A DNA stretch of 11,630 nucleotides from Rotaria sp. (taxonomy: Eukaryota), in NCBI GenBank assembly GCA_905329745.1, contig CAJNSZ010000152.1, positions 152,306-163,935 on the forward strand, given 5' to 3'. Position 1 is the stretch's first letter, and each line of letters opens with the position of its first letter. The notes below the pieces were generated by a model. It was given only the letters and a program-made list of their open reading frames with translations, was not told the origin of the DNA and ran no database searches. The translations under genes were made by a program, and so were the position numbers. Of this stretch, positions 8,700-11,630 are shown piece by piece.

Positions 8700-8966
8700 G
8701 GGTGTGGGTGTGGGTGTGAGTAGGTGTGAGTGGGTGTGGGTGCGGGTGCGGGTGTGGGTGTGGCTATAGGTGCCGGTGGGCGCGATGGCTGAAGTCAAGA
8801 TTTGAGCCAAACGCACACCAGCACTCACACCCACACCCATACCCACACCCACACACCCACCAACGCCCACACCCTGCACCACACTTACACTCACACCTAC
8901 ACCGACACCCATCCACACCCTACACCACATGTACACTCACATCTACACCTACACTCTACCCGGCAC
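8700..8966. repeat. Telomere-like block F: G arm 8700-8782, C arm 8811-8966
   Basis: ggtgtgggtgtgggtgtgagtaggtgtgagtgggtgtgggtgcgggtgcgggtgtgggtgtgg ... acgcacaccagcactcacacccacacccatacccacacccacacacccacc...ctacactctaccc. Confidence 0.85.
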
Positions 8967-9165
8967 CCTTCCGACAACGACACTGGATGGCGTCCTCCTC
9001 TTTCTCACTCATACACTAGTCGCGAGTTTTCCATTACAGCTTCCAAATCTCTGCGGTATGTTACATTGTCCGGAAGGTTTGTGCAACTTGTACGGTATGA
9101 AATCTTAGGTTAGCAGCTGCTGCATTTTACCGACGTAATGGCCTTCGGTATCTGCTACACGTAGT

Positions 9166-9940
9166 TCGTTTGCAACGTGCGATCCTTCACCACTGTTATT
9201 ACTTTAAATAAAGCAGTACTTTTTAAGCTAAGACTTCATAGTATACGAGTTACGCGAAATTTCCGCATAATGGGATACTATGGCGTTCATTTGTTTTTGT
9301 CAGGAGATTTGTATGGTGTAGTTGTTCGATATTTTAGAATACAAGGCTTTGCTACTCTGTTTATGATCGCTGTGGCGCTCTGGAAAAGCTCAATCTGCAT
9401 AGAAAAAGTGACGATCATGTGATAAGTGAGACTGAAGATCACATGAACCATACTATCAGCTACATTGGCTGTCCTACCGGCTTCCCATTGTGTGGTCGTT
9501 CGAACTTTTCGAGCAGAGCAAATTTTCCTTTATAGTTTGTCGTCATTCTGTCTATGTCAAAAAGATCTATCTGCATGGAAAAAATGATCATGATATCACG
9601 AGCTATCGTCAGGATCGTATGAACGACACTATCGCATTCATTTACTTTCCGGCAGAATCCGAACAGTGTGGTCCTTTGAAATTTGCGAGCAAAGCAAAAT
9701 TTTCTTAATATTTCGTAGCCATTTCGTGGCTCTCGAAATGCTCTATTTGCACCGAAAAAGTGGTCATGCTATCAAGAACGATAGTCCAGATAAAATGAAC
9801 CACACTATCCCATCCATCGGCTTTCCCATGGGATTCAGACAGTGTGGTCTTTGAAAAATCCTGAGCACAGCAAATTTTCCTTTATACTGCGTCATCACTT
9901 TGTAGCTCTTGAAAAGCTCTATCTCCTCTGAAAGTATGAG
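9166..9940 (+). repeat. Tandem repeat array, period 176 bp, about 4 full copies (first one diverged) plus a partial
   Basis: Anchor CAAATTTTCCTTTATA at 9519, (variant) 9695 and 9871, i.e. exactly 176 bp apart. Internal matches: GCATGGAAAAAATGATCATGATATCACGAG / GCACCGAAAAAGTGGTCATGCTATCAAGAA / GCATAGAAAAAGTGACGATCATGTGATAAGTGAG, and CAGTGTGGTC + TTTGAAA. Confidence 0.85.
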
Positions 9941-10552
9941 CTTCAAGTAATGAGGAGCCGCGGTGAACCTGTGCGCCTGATTAGGAAATCGATACTATTA
10001 ATGTCCTAGTTAGAAATGTCGAGTAGAGGTCTCAAATGATGTTCTCAAAGGGTTCGGAATGCTTCATTCTTATATAGAAGAAGATGAAATTCAACTCTAG
10101 AAAGTGTTCTGAAGTCATTTTCATTTAGGACCGCTTTACGTGCAAACCGTCCTCTGTCCTTTATTCCACAGAGATACCGAAAACTATGCTAATTACAAGT
10201 GCTTGTATTCGTATCAAGTCTTCCTATATGCTTTCAGCCTTCCTATGAAAAAGAATTTCATGTGACTTCTAAATAGTGTCTTATGCAATTTGTTTCTCTT
10301 CGGCTGTCGAGAACGGAAGTACTAGGTGGTCTAGAATTAATTTCATTGAATGAATGGAAACATTTGGAAAATATGACTGTTACTGGCGCTGTCCTCACAG
10401 TATGTTTTCTTTCTCTTCTCTCTATTTCCCTGGACGTGATATCTTTGATAATATATCATCATCTATTTCTTTTCGTTAAAATCCTTGATGCGTGTGATAA
10501 TATATATACGCATTTTTCCTTTTCTTTTCGGTTCGTTATGCAGCTTAGTTAT

Positions 10553-10572
10553 TGTGTGTGTGTGTGTGTGTG
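10553..10572 (+). repeat. (TG)10 microsatellite
   Basis: tgtgtgtgtgtgtgtgtgtg read directly. Confidence 0.95.
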
Positions 10573-11337
10573 ATATGATATGTGAGTGTAATTCGGTTTC
10601 ATATGAAATAAAAGAAAGGGGATTTTAAACCTAATCCCTAATAATGACTTTGGAAGAAACATGATATAATTGTTTGGAGGTCCTGTATTTATCACATTGC
10701 GATTCAGTTCATTGAAGAGAACCTTGGATGCAAGGAAAAAACATGCCATTTATTGCGCAGATACATATCCTTATTGACCAACGATCATTTACTTGTTGTA
10801 TGTTTAGATGTTAATAAGCTTTCGAATTGTGAGTAATGAACTAGACTTCTCGAACAAGCCAAGCAGAAACCTTTTAAATGGAAACCGCGTAAGTTACTTC
10901 AGATCATTCGCAGTGGAGAATATTGATGGCTCACAAGAGACAAAGTATTCATCTTTTTTCTATGTCGATAAGCAGAAATCAAAAAGACTTGAAGAGATTT
11001 CAATCATATTACTTTTTTCAGTCTAAAGAGAAATTATAGTGGAATAGGATGTTTTTAGTATAAATCTAAATTATTCAAGTAGAAATCATTCATTCATCTT
11101 TACCATCATAAGTTAAGGCCAGAAATGAAGTATAGTTCGTAAAATAATGATTGGTAAATATACGTTTATTTACAACAACAAAAAAATAAACATATTTATC
11201 ACTCATTCGTCTAGCACATATGTTTTAATCCAAACAGAAATCATTTTCTTTACTGAAAAGAAATATTTCATCATGAAATAAAAAGAATATAAACATATAT
11301 CCATCAATCATTATTCTACAGATTGTATCTCACTTTT

Positions 11338-11530
11338 GATATCTATATATGTAAAGAAGAATGTCTGTTTGTGTGTTTGTGTGTTTGTTTGTTCGCGATG
11401 CACTCAGTCCCTGTTATAGCTATAGTCACCAAACTTTCCATAATTCTTTTCTGAGTCCTGGGAAAGGTCGACGTCCACTTTTTTTCGAAAAAAAATCAAT
11501 CCTACCCATGCTACAGGCGATCTATGAAAC
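11338..11530 (+). repeat. Possible end fragment of a dispersed repeat (class unassigned)
   Basis: TCTATATATGTAAAGAAGAATGTCTGTTTGTGTGTTTGTGTGTTTGTTTGTTCG... followed by caccaaactttccataattcttttctgagtcctgggaaaggt, resembling widespread invertebrate interspersed repeats that begin TATATA...ATGTCTGTCTGT. No family assignment possible by eye. Confidence 0.35.
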
Positions 11531-11630
11531 CGACCAATAGGGTTGCAGCATTCGGTACCATATAACTATAACTGAGCTCAACTTCATGAACACACAGAAA
11601 ACATGGAACTAGAGGTTTCCGAGTGCGCTG

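Noticed and set aside
366-8966. Repeat blocks as a CRISPR-like array
   Set aside because: No constant repeat with uniform unique spacers, and no Cas-like genes; repeats are simple telomere-like DNA in a eukaryotic context.
8688-9113. ORFs 8688-8936 (-), 8726-9019 (+), 8802-9113 (+)
   Set aside because: Almost entirely THTHPHP / VGVGVG readings of the telomere-like repeat.
9177-9854. Three plus ORFs (81, 72, 62 aa) as a possible gene family with MWSFE N-termini
   Set aside because: Similarity is explained by the 176-bp tandem repeat, which shifts frame between copies; no long continuous frame.
10283-11026. ORFs 10283-10573 and 10808-11026 as genes
   Set aside because: No recognisable domains, the first runs into a TG microsatellite, and codon pattern is not convincingly coding; left unannotated.

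Overview
AT-rich eukaryotic DNA, most consistent with a bdelloid rotifer and probably a subtelomere-like region (inferred from gene family and repeat type, not database-tested). The best-supported gene is a single-ORF 744-aa protein on the minus strand (3976-6210). It has an N-terminal bdelloid-type domain, an R-S-ExE ADP-ribosyltransferase domain (R252, S279, E333/E335) and about 7 kinesin-light-chain-like TPRs. Other features are the C-terminal exon of an hAT transposase ending in a probable premature TAG (1251-1781), a decayed N-terminal fragment of the XPB/ERCC3 DNA-repair helicase (about 8019-8448), a 184-bp MITE-like foldback element (2095-2278), a ~47-bp minisatellite (680-1066), a 176-bp-period tandem array (about 9166-9940) and a degenerate CAAATC-type array (8561-8698). 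The most unusual signal is a set of six (TGTGGG)n-like G-strand blocks. Each is followed, after a short spacer, by a (CCCACA)n-like C-strand block. At least two (547-677 and 3719-3808) are real inverted repeats with unique-sequence matches in the arms. One contains a 52-nt G homopolymer. I found no evidence for a CRISPR, a prokaryotic defence system or RNA genes.
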